DNA of 64,000 nucleotides, from contig CAWDVE010000012.1 in NCBI GenBank assembly GCA_963805625.1, positions 1 through 64,000 of the forward strand. The letters are read 5' to 3'. Shown in pieces: positions 19,274 through 29,042 of the stretch (its first letter is position 1; each line of letters begins with the position of its first letter). This DNA comes from an uncultured Candidatus Rokubacteria bacterium (lineage in GTDB: Bacteria > Methylomirabilota > Methylomirabilia > Rokubacteriales > DASRDR01). Under the pieces are notes generated by a model, which searched no databases, was not told the origin of the DNA, and saw only the letters and a list, made by a program, of their open reading frames with translations. The position numbers were made by a program, and so were the translations under genes.

Positions 19274-19387
19274 TCAGGGGAGTCCCGCGGCGACCCCGAC
19301 CCCGCCCGTGAAGCTGGGATCACAGGCGAAGAAGCTCGCGAACTCGAACGGCGAGCCGAACACGAAGTCGAAAGACGCGGACGTGAG
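19274..19387 (-). pseudogene. Remnant of an FG-GAP-like repeat gene 3' end
   Basis: Reads HVRVF, then a frameshift, then DFVFGSPFEFASFFACDPSFTGGVGVAAGLP*, matching the repeat in 29923-32964 and 49476-51113. Confidence 0.75.
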
Positions 19388-19495
19388 TGGAAGGTGTTGC
19401 GCGGTTGGCACGAGCGCCCCGTGAGCGTAGACTCGGGCTCGAGAATTCATGAGCAGTTGCGTTCCGTGCGGGGCTAGCGCGAACTGAGCGCCCCA

Positions 19496-21424
19496 GTGCC
19501 AGGAGCCGAGCTCTCCCCCGGTCCGGGACCACCGTCCCCGGTCCTCTCCCCGTGGGTGATCCTCGGTGGGTTCGTGGGGGTGGCGGCGCTGGGGCTCGTT
19601 GGCGCGCCGGCCCCGGTGGCGGCGGCCGTACTCCTCCTGTTCGTGGCCGCCGTCACGATCCGGCATCCGGCCAACGGACTCGCCGCCCTCGTACTTGCCG
19701 TCCCCTTCCTGCTCGGGGAACCGAAGACCGTCTATTTCCTCCTCGAGCCCGCGCTCGTGGTGCTCGTGCTGCTGGGCTTCCTCGGTCACCGGCTCGCCGG
19801 CCGGGTGGAGTTCGTCCCGCTGCACGCGGCCGCGATCCTCGGGTTGGTCGTCGCGGCCGCGGTCTCCCTTCCGCTCGACCTGCGCGACCTTCTCGAGGAC
19901 CTGTGGCTCGTGCGGTCGCTCGACTGGGCGACGATGTCCGTCCAGGGGATCCCCGACATCTCCCACCTCAAATACCTCGACCGTCTCGCGGTGCTCGGCC
20001 TCGCGGGGGGACTCCTCGCCGTCGCGGCGCAGCCGGCCCTGGGCGCCGCCGTGGTCGCGGCGCTCCGGCCTCTGGCGGCGCTCGTCGGCGTCCTCGCCGG
20101 CTTCGGGCTCCTGCGCTTCTTCGGCTGGGTCGAGACGCGCGGCGAGTACCTGACGCTGTCCTTTCACACCTGGCGCCATCCGGACTTGCGTCTCACCGGG
20201 GTCGCCTGGAACCCCGACTACTTCGCACTCTTCCTGGTCCTGACGATCCCGCCGCTCCTCGCCCTCGCCCTGGCCCCCGGGCTCTCGACCGGGATTCGCC
20301 GGCTCGCTGGCGCGGCCGCCGCGATCGGGAGCGTGGCGCTCGTGTGCACCTTCCAGCGCGCCTCCTACCTCGGCTTGGTGGCGGCGCTCGTCGTCCTCGC
20401 CGTCCTCCTCCACCGCGTCCGCCGGGCCGGGGCCGCGCGCTGGCTCGTCGTCGCCGCCGTCCTGGTGGCGGCCGTCGCGGCGCTCGATACGATGGCACTC
20501 CACGGGCGCGTGCTCGGACGGCTGCTCCGGCTCGCCGACGACCCGAATCGTCTCCGGCTCTGGCAGACGGCGCTCCAGATGGCGGCCGATCATCCGCTGC
20601 TCGGCGTGGGAACCGGGCGGTATGCCTTCTTCTTCCACCAGTACGCCGGCGAGCTCAGCCGGGGGTTCGGGCCGTTCTGGGGCACCGCCCACAGCCTCTA
20701 CCTCCACCTCCTGGCCGAGCAGGGCGTGGTGGGGCTCGCGAGCTTCCTGGCGCTCTTCGCGGGACTGTGGTGGGGGGCGTTCCGACGGTTGCGCCAGGTC
20801 GACGAGGCGCGGGCGATGGTGCTCGCCGGGCTCCTGGCCGCGCTGGCCGGCTGGCTCGTCTACGGGCTGGTTCAGTTCACGCTCCGGATTCCGGCGCTCA
20901 TCTATCTCGCGGCGCTCTTCTCCGGCGCGGCAGTGTCGCTGGCCCCGCCGGGGCCCCGCCGGCTCTCCCGCCGTGTCCTCCTCGTCGGGCTGGCCGTCGC
21001 CCTCGCGCTCCTGGGTGGCCGTGCGGTTCAGGCGCTCCGCCGTCCCGTCACGCCGGGGTACGAGACGGGCTTCCACCGATGGGAGCGCCAGCCGGACGGG
21101 CGCCCCGCGCGCTGGACGCGAGGCCGCGCCGCTCTCAGCGTGCCAGTCCGGGGGGCCACCCTCGAGCTGGCGTTCCAGGCGCCGGTGCGCGACATCACAT
21201 CGCGTCCGCAGCGGGTGCGGGTGTGGCTCGACGGGCGCCCGGCCCCCGAGCTGGTCCTCGTCACCCCGGACTGGCACATGATGACGCTGCCGGTCGGCCG
21301 GGCGAGCGGCGAGCTGCTGCTGATCGAGGTCGAGCCCGGCTACGCGTTCGTTCCGAGCCGCGTCTCCGCCTCGCGCGACGACCGCCGGCTGGGCGTGATG
21401 ATGGGCGAACTGACGTGGCGGTGA
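19496..21424 (+). CDS. O-antigen ligase/Wzy_C-family membrane protein with C-terminal soluble domain
   Basis: NPDYFA, TFQRASYL, RLRLWQTALQM...PLLGVGTG, AHSLYLHLLAEQG; C-terminal DDRRLGV. Confidence 0.85.
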   Translation: MPGAELSPGPGPPSPVLSPWVILGGFVGVAALGLVGAPAPVAAAVLLLFVAAVTIRHPANGLAALVLAVPFLLGEPKTVYFLLEPALVVLVLLGFLGHRLAGRVEFVPLHAAAILGLVVAAAVSLPLDLRDLLEDLWLVRSLDWATMSVQGIPDISHLKYLDRLAVLGLAGGLLAVAAQPALGAAVVAALRPLAALVGVLAGFGLLRFFGWVETRGEYLTLSFHTWRHPDLRLTGVAWNPDYFALFLVLTIPPLLALALAPGLSTGIRRLAGAAAAIGSVALVCTFQRASYLGLVAALVVLAVLLHRVRRAGAARWLVVAAVLVAAVAALDTMALHGRVLGRLLRLADDPNRLRLWQTALQMAADHPLLGVGTGRYAFFFHQYAGELSRGFGPFWGTAHSLYLHLLAEQGVVGLASFLALFAGLWWGAFRRLRQVDEARAMVLAGLLAALAGWLVYGLVQFTLRIPALIYLAALFSGAAVSLAPPGPRRLSRRVLLVGLAVALALLGGRAVQALRRPVTPGYETGFHRWERQPDGRPARWTRGRAALSVPVRGATLELAFQAPVRDITSRPQRVRVWLDGRPAPELVLVTPDWHMMTLPVGRASGELLLIEVEPGYAFVPSRVSASRDDRRLGVMMGELTWR

Positions 21425-21447
21425 GCCCTGGCGGCGGGCCGCGCGCC

Positions 21448-21476
21448 TTGACGCGACCCGATCCGGTCTCCATAAT
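21448..21476 (+). promoter_or_regulatory. sigma70 promoter for the GT2-wecA pair
   Basis: TTGACG-17 bp-CATAAT. Confidence 0.65.
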
Positions 21477-21489
21477 TGCGGGAACTCCC

Positions 21490-22434
21490 GTGGATCGCCT
21501 CGAGCGCGCGGTCGACTGCTCGGTCGTGATCGTGAACTACCGCACCGACGAGGTGCTCCTCGCCTGCCTCGCCAGCCTTTCGAAGACCGGCGGCGGCCTC
21601 GCCCTCGAAGTGATCGTGGTGGACAACGGAGCGACGCTCGCCCGCGGTGACCTTCGCGAGCGCTTCCCCGGCGTGCGGCTCGTGGACAATGCCGGCAACG
21701 TCGGGTTCGCGCGCGCGGCCAACCAGGGAATCGGGCTCGCCCGGGGACGGTACGTCCTCTGCCTGAACCCTGACACGGTGGTCCACGAGGGCGCGGTGGC
21801 GGCGATGGTCGCCTACCTCGAGGCGCACCCCCGGGTCGGGGCGGTCGGCGCGCGCCTGCTCGAATCCGATGGGAGCCTCCAGTACTCCTGTCGCCGCTTT
21901 CCCGGGTACCTGACGATCCTGTTCGGGCGGTACGCCCTGCTCACCCGCCTCTTTCCGAGGAACGCCGGCTCCCAGGACTACCTCTACCTCGACTGGGATC
22001 ACCGGACCGCCCGCGAGGTGGACTGGGTCTCGGGCGCCTGCCTGATGGTGCGCCGCGAGGTTCTGACGAGCGTGGGCCCCTTCGACGAGGGCTACTTCTT
22101 GTTCGTGGAAGACATGGACTGGTGCCGGCGGATCCGCGACGCCGGGTGGGCGGTGGCCTACGTGCCGGACGCGGTCGTCACGCACCACATCGGCGTGAGT
22201 CGCGGGGCGGTGCCGCCGTGGGTGGTGTGGGCCCGACACCGTGGGATGCTCCGCTACGTACGCAAGCACTTCGGCGCGCCGTGGCCGATGCAGGCGGGCA
22301 TCGCGGTCGGCCTGACGGCACGGGCCGCGGCGCTCATCGCCGCCAACGCCCCGCGCCGCTGGCGCCTCGGCGCGGGCCACGGCGCGGCGCCTCCGGGTGG
22401 GACCCGCGACAGCACCCCTTGCCAGACGCGATGA
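21490..22434 (+). CDS. Glycosyltransferase family 2 (WbbL-like rhamnosyltransferase)
   Basis: SVVIVNY, LCLNPDT, DWVSGACLMVRR, FDEGYFLFVEDMDWC; coupled to wecA. Confidence 0.88.
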   Translation: MDRLERAVDCSVVIVNYRTDEVLLACLASLSKTGGGLALEVIVVDNGATLARGDLRERFPGVRLVDNAGNVGFARAANQGIGLARGRYVLCLNPDTVVHEGAVAAMVAYLEAHPRVGAVGARLLESDGSLQYSCRRFPGYLTILFGRYALLTRLFPRNAGSQDYLYLDWDHRTAREVDWVSGACLMVRREVLTSVGPFDEGYFLFVEDMDWCRRIRDAGWAVAYVPDAVVTHHIGVSRGAVPPWVVWARHRGMLRYVRKHFGAPWPMQAGIAVGLTARAAALIAANAPRRWRLGAGHGAAPPGGTRDSTPCQTR

Positions 22435-23477
22435 TGGCCGCCGATCTCGCCGGCTTCGTCCTCGCCAGCGGCGCCGCGTTCGCGCTGACGCCCCTGGTGA
22501 TCGCCGAGGCCCGCCGCGCGGGCGCGCTCGACTACCCGGGCGTCCAGAAGATCCATGCCGAGCCGGTCCCGACGCTCGGGGGGCTGGGGCTCGTCGTGGC
22601 CGTGCTCGGGACGCTGTGGCTCCTGCAGGCGATGGGCCATGGCATCGGGCTCGGCCAGACGCTCGGGCTCACGCTGGCCTCCCTGCCCGTGGTGGCGGTG
22701 GGAGTCTGGGACGACCTGCGGGCGTGCGACATCCCGACCAAGCTCGGCGTCCACTTCCTGGCCGGCGTCATCCTCTACGGCGCCGGGCTCCGCGTGAGCG
22801 AGCTGACCAACCCGTTCGGCTCGGCGGTCCCGCTCGGCCCCTTCGGGCCGGTCGTGACCATCCTGTGGGTCGCGACGCTCATCAACGCCCTGAACCTCGT
22901 CGACGGCCTCGACGGCCTCGCCCCCGGCATCGGCGCGATCGCCGCCCTCGCCCTCTGCGCGGTGGGGTTCCTCCGGAACGAGCGAGACGTCGCGGTCCTC
23001 GCGCTGGTGCTGGCCGGGGCGCTGGTCGGCTTCTTCCCCTACAACTTCCCGCGCGCCCGCATCTTCCTCGGGGACGTCGGCAGCACCTTCATCGGCCTCG
23101 TGCTCGCCACGGTCTCGCTCCTCGAGAACCGGAAGGCCACGGCGGCCATGACGTTGCTGCTGCCCCTGGTCGCCATCGGCCTGCCCGTCCTCGACACGGT
23201 CTTCGCGGTCGTCCGCCGCACTGCCCGCGGCCGCAACCCGCTGCGCCGCGACATGGGGCATCTCCACCACCGGCTGCTCCGTCTCGGCCTCTCGCCGCCG
23301 GCGGCGGTCGGCTGGCTCCTGGGCGCGAGCGCCGTCTTCGGGGGCGTGGCGATCCTCCTGGCGCGCCTCCCGAAGCAGGCGGCGCTGCTGGTCACGGCGG
23401 GCCTCGGCCTCGTCGTGCTGGTCGCCCTCGCCGCCCTCACCTTTCTGGAGCGCCGCTCGCGGAACGGCCAGGGCTGA
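22431..23477 (+). CDS. wecA: Undecaprenyl-phosphate GlcNAc-1-P transferase (WecA/MraY family)
   Basis: KIH..PVPTLGG, GVWDD, NALNLVDGLDGL, YNFPRARIFLGDVGS, HLHHRL. Confidence 0.88.
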   Translation: MMAADLAGFVLASGAAFALTPLVIAEARRAGALDYPGVQKIHAEPVPTLGGLGLVVAVLGTLWLLQAMGHGIGLGQTLGLTLASLPVVAVGVWDDLRACDIPTKLGVHFLAGVILYGAGLRVSELTNPFGSAVPLGPFGPVVTILWVATLINALNLVDGLDGLAPGIGAIAALALCAVGFLRNERDVAVLALVLAGALVGFFPYNFPRARIFLGDVGSTFIGLVLATVSLLENRKATAAMTLLLPLVAIGLPVLDTVFAVVRRTARGRNPLRRDMGHLHHRLLRLGLSPPAAVGWLLGASAVFGGVAILLARLPKQAALLVTAGLGLVVLVALAALTFLERRSRNGQG

Positions 23478-23512
23478 CGGCGCCGGGGGCGGCGGAAGTG
23501 GCGAGATTCGCC

Positions 23513-23540
23513 GAGCCCGCGACGATTCCTTCGCGGGCTC
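23513..23540. terminator. Hairpin between convergent genes, probable terminator
   Basis: Perfect 10-bp stem GAGCCCGCGA/TCGCGGGCTC with an 8-nt loop. Confidence 0.55.
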
Positions 23541-24509
23541 TCAGTCAGGGTAGACCTGCTCCTCGCCCACGATGTAGTGGGTGAAATCGCGCCGGGGGAT
23601 GACGCTCGAGTAGTTGCGGCTGTTCAGGATCACGAAGATGAAGACCAGAGAGAGCAGCACGGCCTGAAGCAGGATCGCCACGAGGAGCCCTACCAGAAAC
23701 GAGGCCCACCCCGGGATCGCGAGGTCCGTCGTGAGGCGGATGCCCGACACCACGCCGATGCCCAGGACGCAGAGGGCGATGGCGGCCATGGTGGCGACCA
23801 GCGCGCGGACCCCGATCACGTCACCGTGCACCGCGATGGCGCCCAGGCCGTGGAGGATGAGCGTGACGAGGGTCATCCGGGACTGACCGGCCAGCCGGGA
23901 CGCGCGGTTGACGGGGACCGTCTCGATCGGCAGGCGCGCCTTCATCGCGGCCGCGGCGTAGTGGTTCCCCAGCTCGGACAGCAGCACGAGGCGCGGCAGG
24001 AGGCCGGTCGGCACCACGCTGAAGTTGCCGAACGAGATGGCGGTCCCGGTGAGGAGCCGGTAGGCCCACCGGTAGACGCGGTAGAGCGCCCGGAACGCCA
24101 GTCCCTCGGAGCGGCCCACCCGCGCGGCGAACACGAGCCGGGTGCTCCGGCCGCCCCAGGCGGCCAGGAGCCGTGGCACGTCGTCGGGGCTGTCCTCCCC
24201 GTCCGCGTCCATCACCACGACGGCCTCGCAGCGCCGCGTCGCCTGAACGTGGACCAGCCCGATCGCGATCGCCTGCTGGTGGCCGACGTTCCGCCCGAGC
24301 CGCACCACTGTCACCGTCGTCAGCGCCTGGAACCGGCGCTCGCCGACGAGCTGCTTCGCGTCGGGGGCAACGGACGACCCGTCGTCGACGACCACGACCT
24401 CGGCCGTCCACCCGGACCGCGCGAGTGCCGCATCGAGATGGTCCAGGAGCTTCGGGAGGACGGGCCAGTCGTTGTAGACCGGCATCAGGACCACGACGGG
24501 CGCGCTCAC
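23541..24509 (-). CDS. GtrB/DPM-synthase-like GT2 (polyprenol-phosphate glycosyltransferase)
   Basis: MPVYND, VDDGS, RNVGHQQAI, MDADGED, two C-terminal TM helices. Confidence 0.85.
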   Translation of the reverse strand: MSAPVVVLMPVYNDWPVLPKLLDHLDAALARSGWTAEVVVVDDGSSVAPDAKQLVGERRFQALTTVTVVRLGRNVGHQQAIAIGLVHVQATRRCEAVVVMDADGEDSPDDVPRLLAAWGGRSTRLVFAARVGRSEGLAFRALYRVYRWAYRLLTGTAISFGNFSVVPTGLLPRLVLLSELGNHYAAAAMKARLPIETVPVNRASRLAGQSRMTLVTLILHGLGAIAVHGDVIGVRALVATMAAIALCVLGIGVVSGIRLTTDLAIPGWASFLVGLLVAILLQAVLLSLVFIFVILNSRNYSSVIPRRDFTHYIVGEEQVYPD

Positions 24510-24899
24510 CCGTCCCTCGGACCGGCGGCGCGGCGGACCGTGACGGCGGAGCTGTGCCGGGTGCGCACGATCACGCGCAGTGTATCATCCGGCCCCCGGC
24601 AACCCCGACGAGTGCAGGCGCCCGCGCCCTGGACCTCGCGCAACTTTCGCCGTGGACCGCGCGACTCCGGCCGGTTCCGGGGTCGCGCTCCGCTCGCGTG
24701 CGCGGGGCCACCGCCGCGCGAGCCCGAACCGTGCTCGGCGACGTCGCCGGAGTGCGCCTCTCTGCGGCCAGTCTCCTCCTCACTCTACCGATACCCGGCA
24801 CGGTTGTTACGAGCATCCCAACCCGCGGGCATACGGGACTGGCCATGCGCGGTCGCGCAACCTACGCAACCAGCATGCCGGTCGATCGCGGCGCCTGTG

Positions 24900-25290
24900 C
24901 ACTGCCAGTTCCCGCTAGCAGTGGATCGAGGATGCGCGATGTCGCGACCAGGAATCGGTCCCACAATGTAATCGCGCGGACAGTCGGGAGGCTCCGGCGC
25001 AGCGGGAATCGATTGCCAAGGGACGCGAGCAGGCCCCCGCTATCGATGTAGCGCGAGGTCACGCCCCGGAGGTTGCCCGGCACGACAGGGGCGAGGGATG
25101 CTCGTGTGTAGCGGCGGTGATGGCCGATCGCGGCGTCGAGCCGAGTAGAGCCAGGGCCAGGCTGGCGACAGCACGACTAGCGTGCCCCGAGCGCCAAGTG
25201 TCGGGTCGCCTGCAGTAGTTCCGTGGTATCCGAGGCGATGTGTTCCAAGACGTCGATGTAAAGAATCGTGTCGAACCGCGACAACGGGCA
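24900..25290 (-). pseudogene. Frameshifted class I SAM methyltransferase remnant
   Basis: Successive frames read FDTILYIDVLEHI / LVVLSPAWPWLYS / DAAIGHHRRYTRASL...YIDSGGLLASLGNR...LWDRFLV..SRILDP. The N-terminus is missing. Confidence 0.75.
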
Positions 25291-25431
25291 CCCCACGACA
25301 CCTGGTGCTGTCCGCCGCCGGCGGCGACGCTGGCGTTCAACGCCGCACCAACGCCGTGTCCGGCCGCCGCCGTGCTGCGCCTGGGCAACCGTCCCCCCAA
25401 GCGCGGGCCGCCCTCGAGGCGCTCGGTCGGG

Positions 25432-26850
25432 CTAGCCGAGGTAGTAGCGGTTCACCAGGACCGCGGCGGTGGCGGCCAGCGCCCCCGCGATGTAGGCGGC
25501 GACCAGGATCCCCAGGACGGCGGGCGCGCCGAGACGCACCCGGTGGTTGTGGAGCGAGAGGAAGAGCAGCGGCGCGAAGGGGATAAGGTAGCGCCCCTGG
25601 ATGCCCTGCACGACGGGGAAGCGGAGGGCGTTCCAGACCACGTAGAGGCTGGTCAGGAGGGCCAGCACCGAGAGGACGAACAGCGACGCGAGAACGAGCC
25701 GCTGGCGCACCGTCAGCTCCACCGGCGACCGGTTGTCGGCCAGCGCGACGAGCGTCAGGACCCCGAGGTAGCTGACGTAGAGCGGCGTCGGGAGCACCGT
25801 GTCGAGCCAGCCCAGCACACCGATGAAGCTCCGTGTCCAGTTCCACCAGTCGACGCGGATCGTGATCCAACAGATCTCGAGGTAGCGGAGCGGCTCCCCC
25901 AGGATGAAGCGGAGCTGCTCGCCGGGGGCGAAGACCACGCTCCGGTCGTAGCGGGCCGGGAAGTGGAGGTCGCGGAACAGCCAGCTCCAGAGGGCGAGCG
26001 ATGCCGCGCCGGCCGCGACCACGAGGAGCGCGCCCCCCCAGCGGCACCGGCGCGTCGGGAACTTCCCGCCGGGGATCAGGAGGTAGAGCCCGGCCAGGAG
26101 CACGTAAACCTGCTTCGACTGCGCGAGCAGAGCCGTCACGGCCGCCATCCCGGCCAGGGCCCGCCAGCCGACCTGCGGCACGGGGCCCAGCGCCAGCGAG
26201 AGCCAGAGCGCGATCGCCAGGAACGAGAGACCGTTGACGAAGGCGTCCGGGGAGACCGAGGCCGCCTCCGACAGCGCCATGGGCGTCAGCCCCAGCACCA
26301 CGAAAACCCACCGGTGCATCGGCAGGGCCCCTATCGCGAGGGACACGAGCGCGAGCCAGACGGCGAGATTCGCCAGCCGGCCGAGGTAGAGGAGCGCCAG
26401 GGGCGAGACGCCGAGCAGGCGGCCGACGCCGATGCCGGCCGCCTGGGGCCAGTAGGGAATGGCGCTGTTCCGCGCCGTGGAGAAGTAGCTCGTGAACTGC
26501 CGGCGGTGCGGCTCGAGCGGGCGGCCGAACTGGGCGAGCACGTCGGCCACCCGCTGCTTCATGCGCGGGTTGAACGGGATCACCATGCCGGCCGGGTCGA
26601 CCCGCGTGGCGAGCTCCCACAGGCTCGCCGGCAGGATGGCGCCGATCTCGAAGTCGCCGGGACGCGACGGGCTCCGGACGGCCCGGAAGTTGCCTTCCGA
26701 GACGCTGAAGGCGTGGAAGTAGTGATGATACTCGTCGGCGACCTGGAACGGCGGGGTCACCACGAGGAAGGTGAGCCCGAACACGATTCCGAGCGCCAGG
26801 AAGACGCCCTCCGGCGTCAGGGCCCGGAGACGCCCGCCCTGGCGCGGCAC
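25432..26850 (-). CDS. DUF2142-like GT-C-fold membrane protein
   Basis: TPPFQVADEYHH after TM1, SVSPDAF, FIGVLGWLDT, GIQGRYLIP. Confidence 0.8.
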   Translation of the reverse strand: MPRQGGRLRALTPEGVFLALGIVFGLTFLVVTPPFQVADEYHHYFHAFSVSEGNFRAVRSPSRPGDFEIGAILPASLWELATRVDPAGMVIPFNPRMKQRVADVLAQFGRPLEPHRRQFTSYFSTARNSAIPYWPQAAGIGVGRLLGVSPLALLYLGRLANLAVWLALVSLAIGALPMHRWVFVVLGLTPMALSEAASVSPDAFVNGLSFLAIALWLSLALGPVPQVGWRALAGMAAVTALLAQSKQVYVLLAGLYLLIPGGKFPTRRCRWGGALLVVAAGAASLALWSWLFRDLHFPARYDRSVVFAPGEQLRFILGEPLRYLEICWITIRVDWWNWTRSFIGVLGWLDTVLPTPLYVSYLGVLTLVALADNRSPVELTVRQRLVLASLFVLSVLALLTSLYVVWNALRFPVVQGIQGRYLIPFAPLLFLSLHNHRVRLGAPAVLGILVAAYIAGALAATAAVLVNRYYLG

Positions 26851-26855
26851 GTGCG

Positions 26856-27497
26856 CTACGGGACCTCGTAGACGCCCACTTCGTACAGCGAGCCGAGGAG
26901 GCCCCCGAAGGGCGTGTAGCTGGCCAGGCGGAGCCGCCGGAGGCGGGCGTCGGCGGCGGCCGAGACGTCCCGCTCGGTCGAGAAGTGATGGGTCCGGATG
27001 TCGTAGCCGAGCATGCGGAACCCGAGCACCATCAGCCGGCGCTCGACCGGCACGCCGTAGACGAGCCGGCCGCCGGGCCGGAGGACCCGGGCGATCTGCC
27101 GCATCGCCACCGGTTGCGCCTCCGGGCGCAGATGCTCGAAGACGCTGATGCACAGGACGGCGTCGAAGAAGCCATCGGCGTAGTCCAGCGCCAGCAAGTT
27201 GTCGTTGCGGAGGTGCGTCTCGATGCCCAGGCGGCGGAATGCCGCCGTCGTCGCCTCGATGTCGGCGTGGAGGTCGATCCCGTGGATCTCGTCGAAGAGC
27301 TCGGCCAGGTTGGGGAACGTCACCCCCGACCCGAACCCCACCTCGAGCACCCGCTTCCCCGACTCGAGCGCGGTCAGGCACATCTCGACGCGCTGCCGAT
27401 ACAACGGGCCCACCACCGGCCAGTAGTAGAGCGGCAGCGGATTGTCCTCCTCCGAGTGCGGGTACCGGTCGCGCGGGAGGAGCTTCAACTTCCGCAT
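26856..27497 (-). CDS. Class I SAM methyltransferase
   Basis: VLEVGFGSG, GIDLH, FDAVLCISVFEHL, LRPGG. Confidence 0.88.
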   Translation of the reverse strand: MRKLKLLPRDRYPHSEEDNPLPLYYWPVVGPLYRQRVEMCLTALESGKRVLEVGFGSGVTFPNLAELFDEIHGIDLHADIEATTAAFRRLGIETHLRNDNLLALDYADGFFDAVLCISVFEHLRPEAQPVAMRQIARVLRPGGRLVYGVPVERRLMVLGFRMLGYDIRTHHFSTERDVSAAADARLRRLRLASYTPFGGLLGSLYEVGVYEVP

Positions 27498-28936
27498 CAG
27501 GCGAGCTTCAGCTTCTTGATGGCGATCCACGACATGCGGAAGAGCAGGAGCCCGTGGCGGAAGCGGCTGATCTTCGTCGTGCCGTACACCCGGTCCCGGT
27601 AGCGGACGGGCAGCTCCGCGATCTTCAGGTTCAGCTTCGCCGCCCCGAAGAGGAGGTCGAAGTCGCCGAACGGGTCGAAGTCGCCGAAGAAGGCCCGGTT
27701 CGCCTCGATCTTCTGGTAGTCGCTCCGCCGGAGCACCTTGGTGCCGCACAGCGTGTCGGTGATCCGCTGCTCCAGGATCCAGGTGAACAGGAGGCTGAAG
27801 ACCTTGTTCCCGATCAGGTTCAGGAAGCGCATCGCCTGGCGCTCCATGGGGTACACGAGCCGCGAGCCGTTGATCAGCTCGCCCTTCCCCTCGGCGATCG
27901 CGCGGTAGAACTTCGGGAGGTCCTCCGGGTCGACGGTCAGGTCGGCGTCGAGGATGAGCAGGACGTCGCCGCGGGCGGCGGCGAACCCCCTGCGTACGGC
28001 GTCGCCCTTGCCCTTCGGCTCGTCCTGCAGCACGAGCTTGATGTCCCTCTTGCCGCGGTGGCGGTCGATCTCCTCCTGGATCTTCTCACGGGTGCCGTCG
28101 GTGCTGGCACCGTCCACGAAGATCAGCTCGGTGTGATCCCCCAGCTCGGGGAGCCGCGCCACCGCCGCCTCGATGTTGCCCCGCTCGTTCCGGCACGGCA
28201 CGACCACCGAGCAGGTCACGGGCGGCGACAGCGGGGGGGCGGCGGCGTTCGGCCGCGGCCGCGCCACGACGTACTCGATCAGGGAGAGGCGGCGGACCAC
28301 CGGCAGCTTGGCGACGACCCGGTTGATAAGCTCGGAGAGGAAGGGCACGCGCTTCGGGGCCAGGAACCGATAGCCCTGCTTTACGACCTCGAAGTCGGCC
28401 AGGAACAGGAAGTTCTCGATGTCGTCCAGGGGCAGCCAGTTCAGGAGCCGGAGCGGCACTCGCTGGCCGATCAGCTCCGCCGTCTTGAGGATGGGCTCCC
28501 AGAGGTAGTTGTAGTCGGTGATCACGACCCGCGTGTCGGGCCCGACCGCCGAGCGGAGATGCTGGAAGGCCGCAAGGACGTCCTCGAGGTGCCCGAGGAG
28601 ATCGGACATGATCACGTAGTCGAATCGCCGCCCCGGGTCCATCGCCTCGGCGTCGCCCACGAGCCAGGTGAGGTGGGGGTACCTCATGCGCGCCTGCTCG
28701 ATCATGCGCGGGCTCAGGTCGACCCCGACCCCGTCGCTCGGCTCGACGGCAGCCAGGAGCTCGCCGGTGCCGCATCCGAGCTCGAGCACGGACGCCCCGG
28801 GCGGGATGACGAAGCGGCAGAACTGCTGGAGCTCGGCGTGGTAGTACCAGCTCTTGCGGCGCCAGCGCTCCATCTCCGGCGCCAGTCGGTCGAAGTGCTC
28901 GCGGACCGCCTGCTTGTGCGGGGAGAGGCCTTGCAC
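27497..28936 (-). CDS. Bifunctional SAM methyltransferase / DPM-like GT2
   Basis: N-terminal VLELGCGTG, GVDLS; C-terminal VVVPCRNE, VDGASTDGT, ILDADLT, TDTLCGTK. Start approximate. Confidence 0.88.
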   Translation of the reverse strand: MQGLSPHKQAVREHFDRLAPEMERWRRKSWYYHAELQQFCRFVIPPGASVLELGCGTGELLAAVEPSDGVGVDLSPRMIEQARMRYPHLTWLVGDAEAMDPGRRFDYVIMSDLLGHLEDVLAAFQHLRSAVGPDTRVVITDYNYLWEPILKTAELIGQRVPLRLLNWLPLDDIENFLFLADFEVVKQGYRFLAPKRVPFLSELINRVVAKLPVVRRLSLIEYVVARPRPNAAAPPLSPPVTCSVVVPCRNERGNIEAAVARLPELGDHTELIFVDGASTDGTREKIQEEIDRHRGKRDIKLVLQDEPKGKGDAVRRGFAAARGDVLLILDADLTVDPEDLPKFYRAIAEGKGELINGSRLVYPMERQAMRFLNLIGNKVFSLLFTWILEQRITDTLCGTKVLRRSDYQKIEANRAFFGDFDPFGDFDLLFGAAKLNLKIAELPVRYRDRVYGTTKISRFRHGLLLFRMSWIAIKKLKLA

Positions 28937-29042
28937 TACGCGGGGGAGCTCCGCCGGGCCGCCGGGCCACCGAGCCTCCCCGGGCCCCACGACCGCCGGC
29001 CCCCGCGGCCCCGCGGCACGCGTGCGCGCCGCCCGGGTCGCA

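Noticed and set aside
19552-22434. 960-aa ORF, and similarly extended ORFs 13301-14893, 25432-27381, 40765-42885, 43174-44787 and 51289-53205
   Set aside because: The 5' extensions are off-frame read-through of neighbouring genes. Only the 3' parts carry motifs, so starts were re-assigned.
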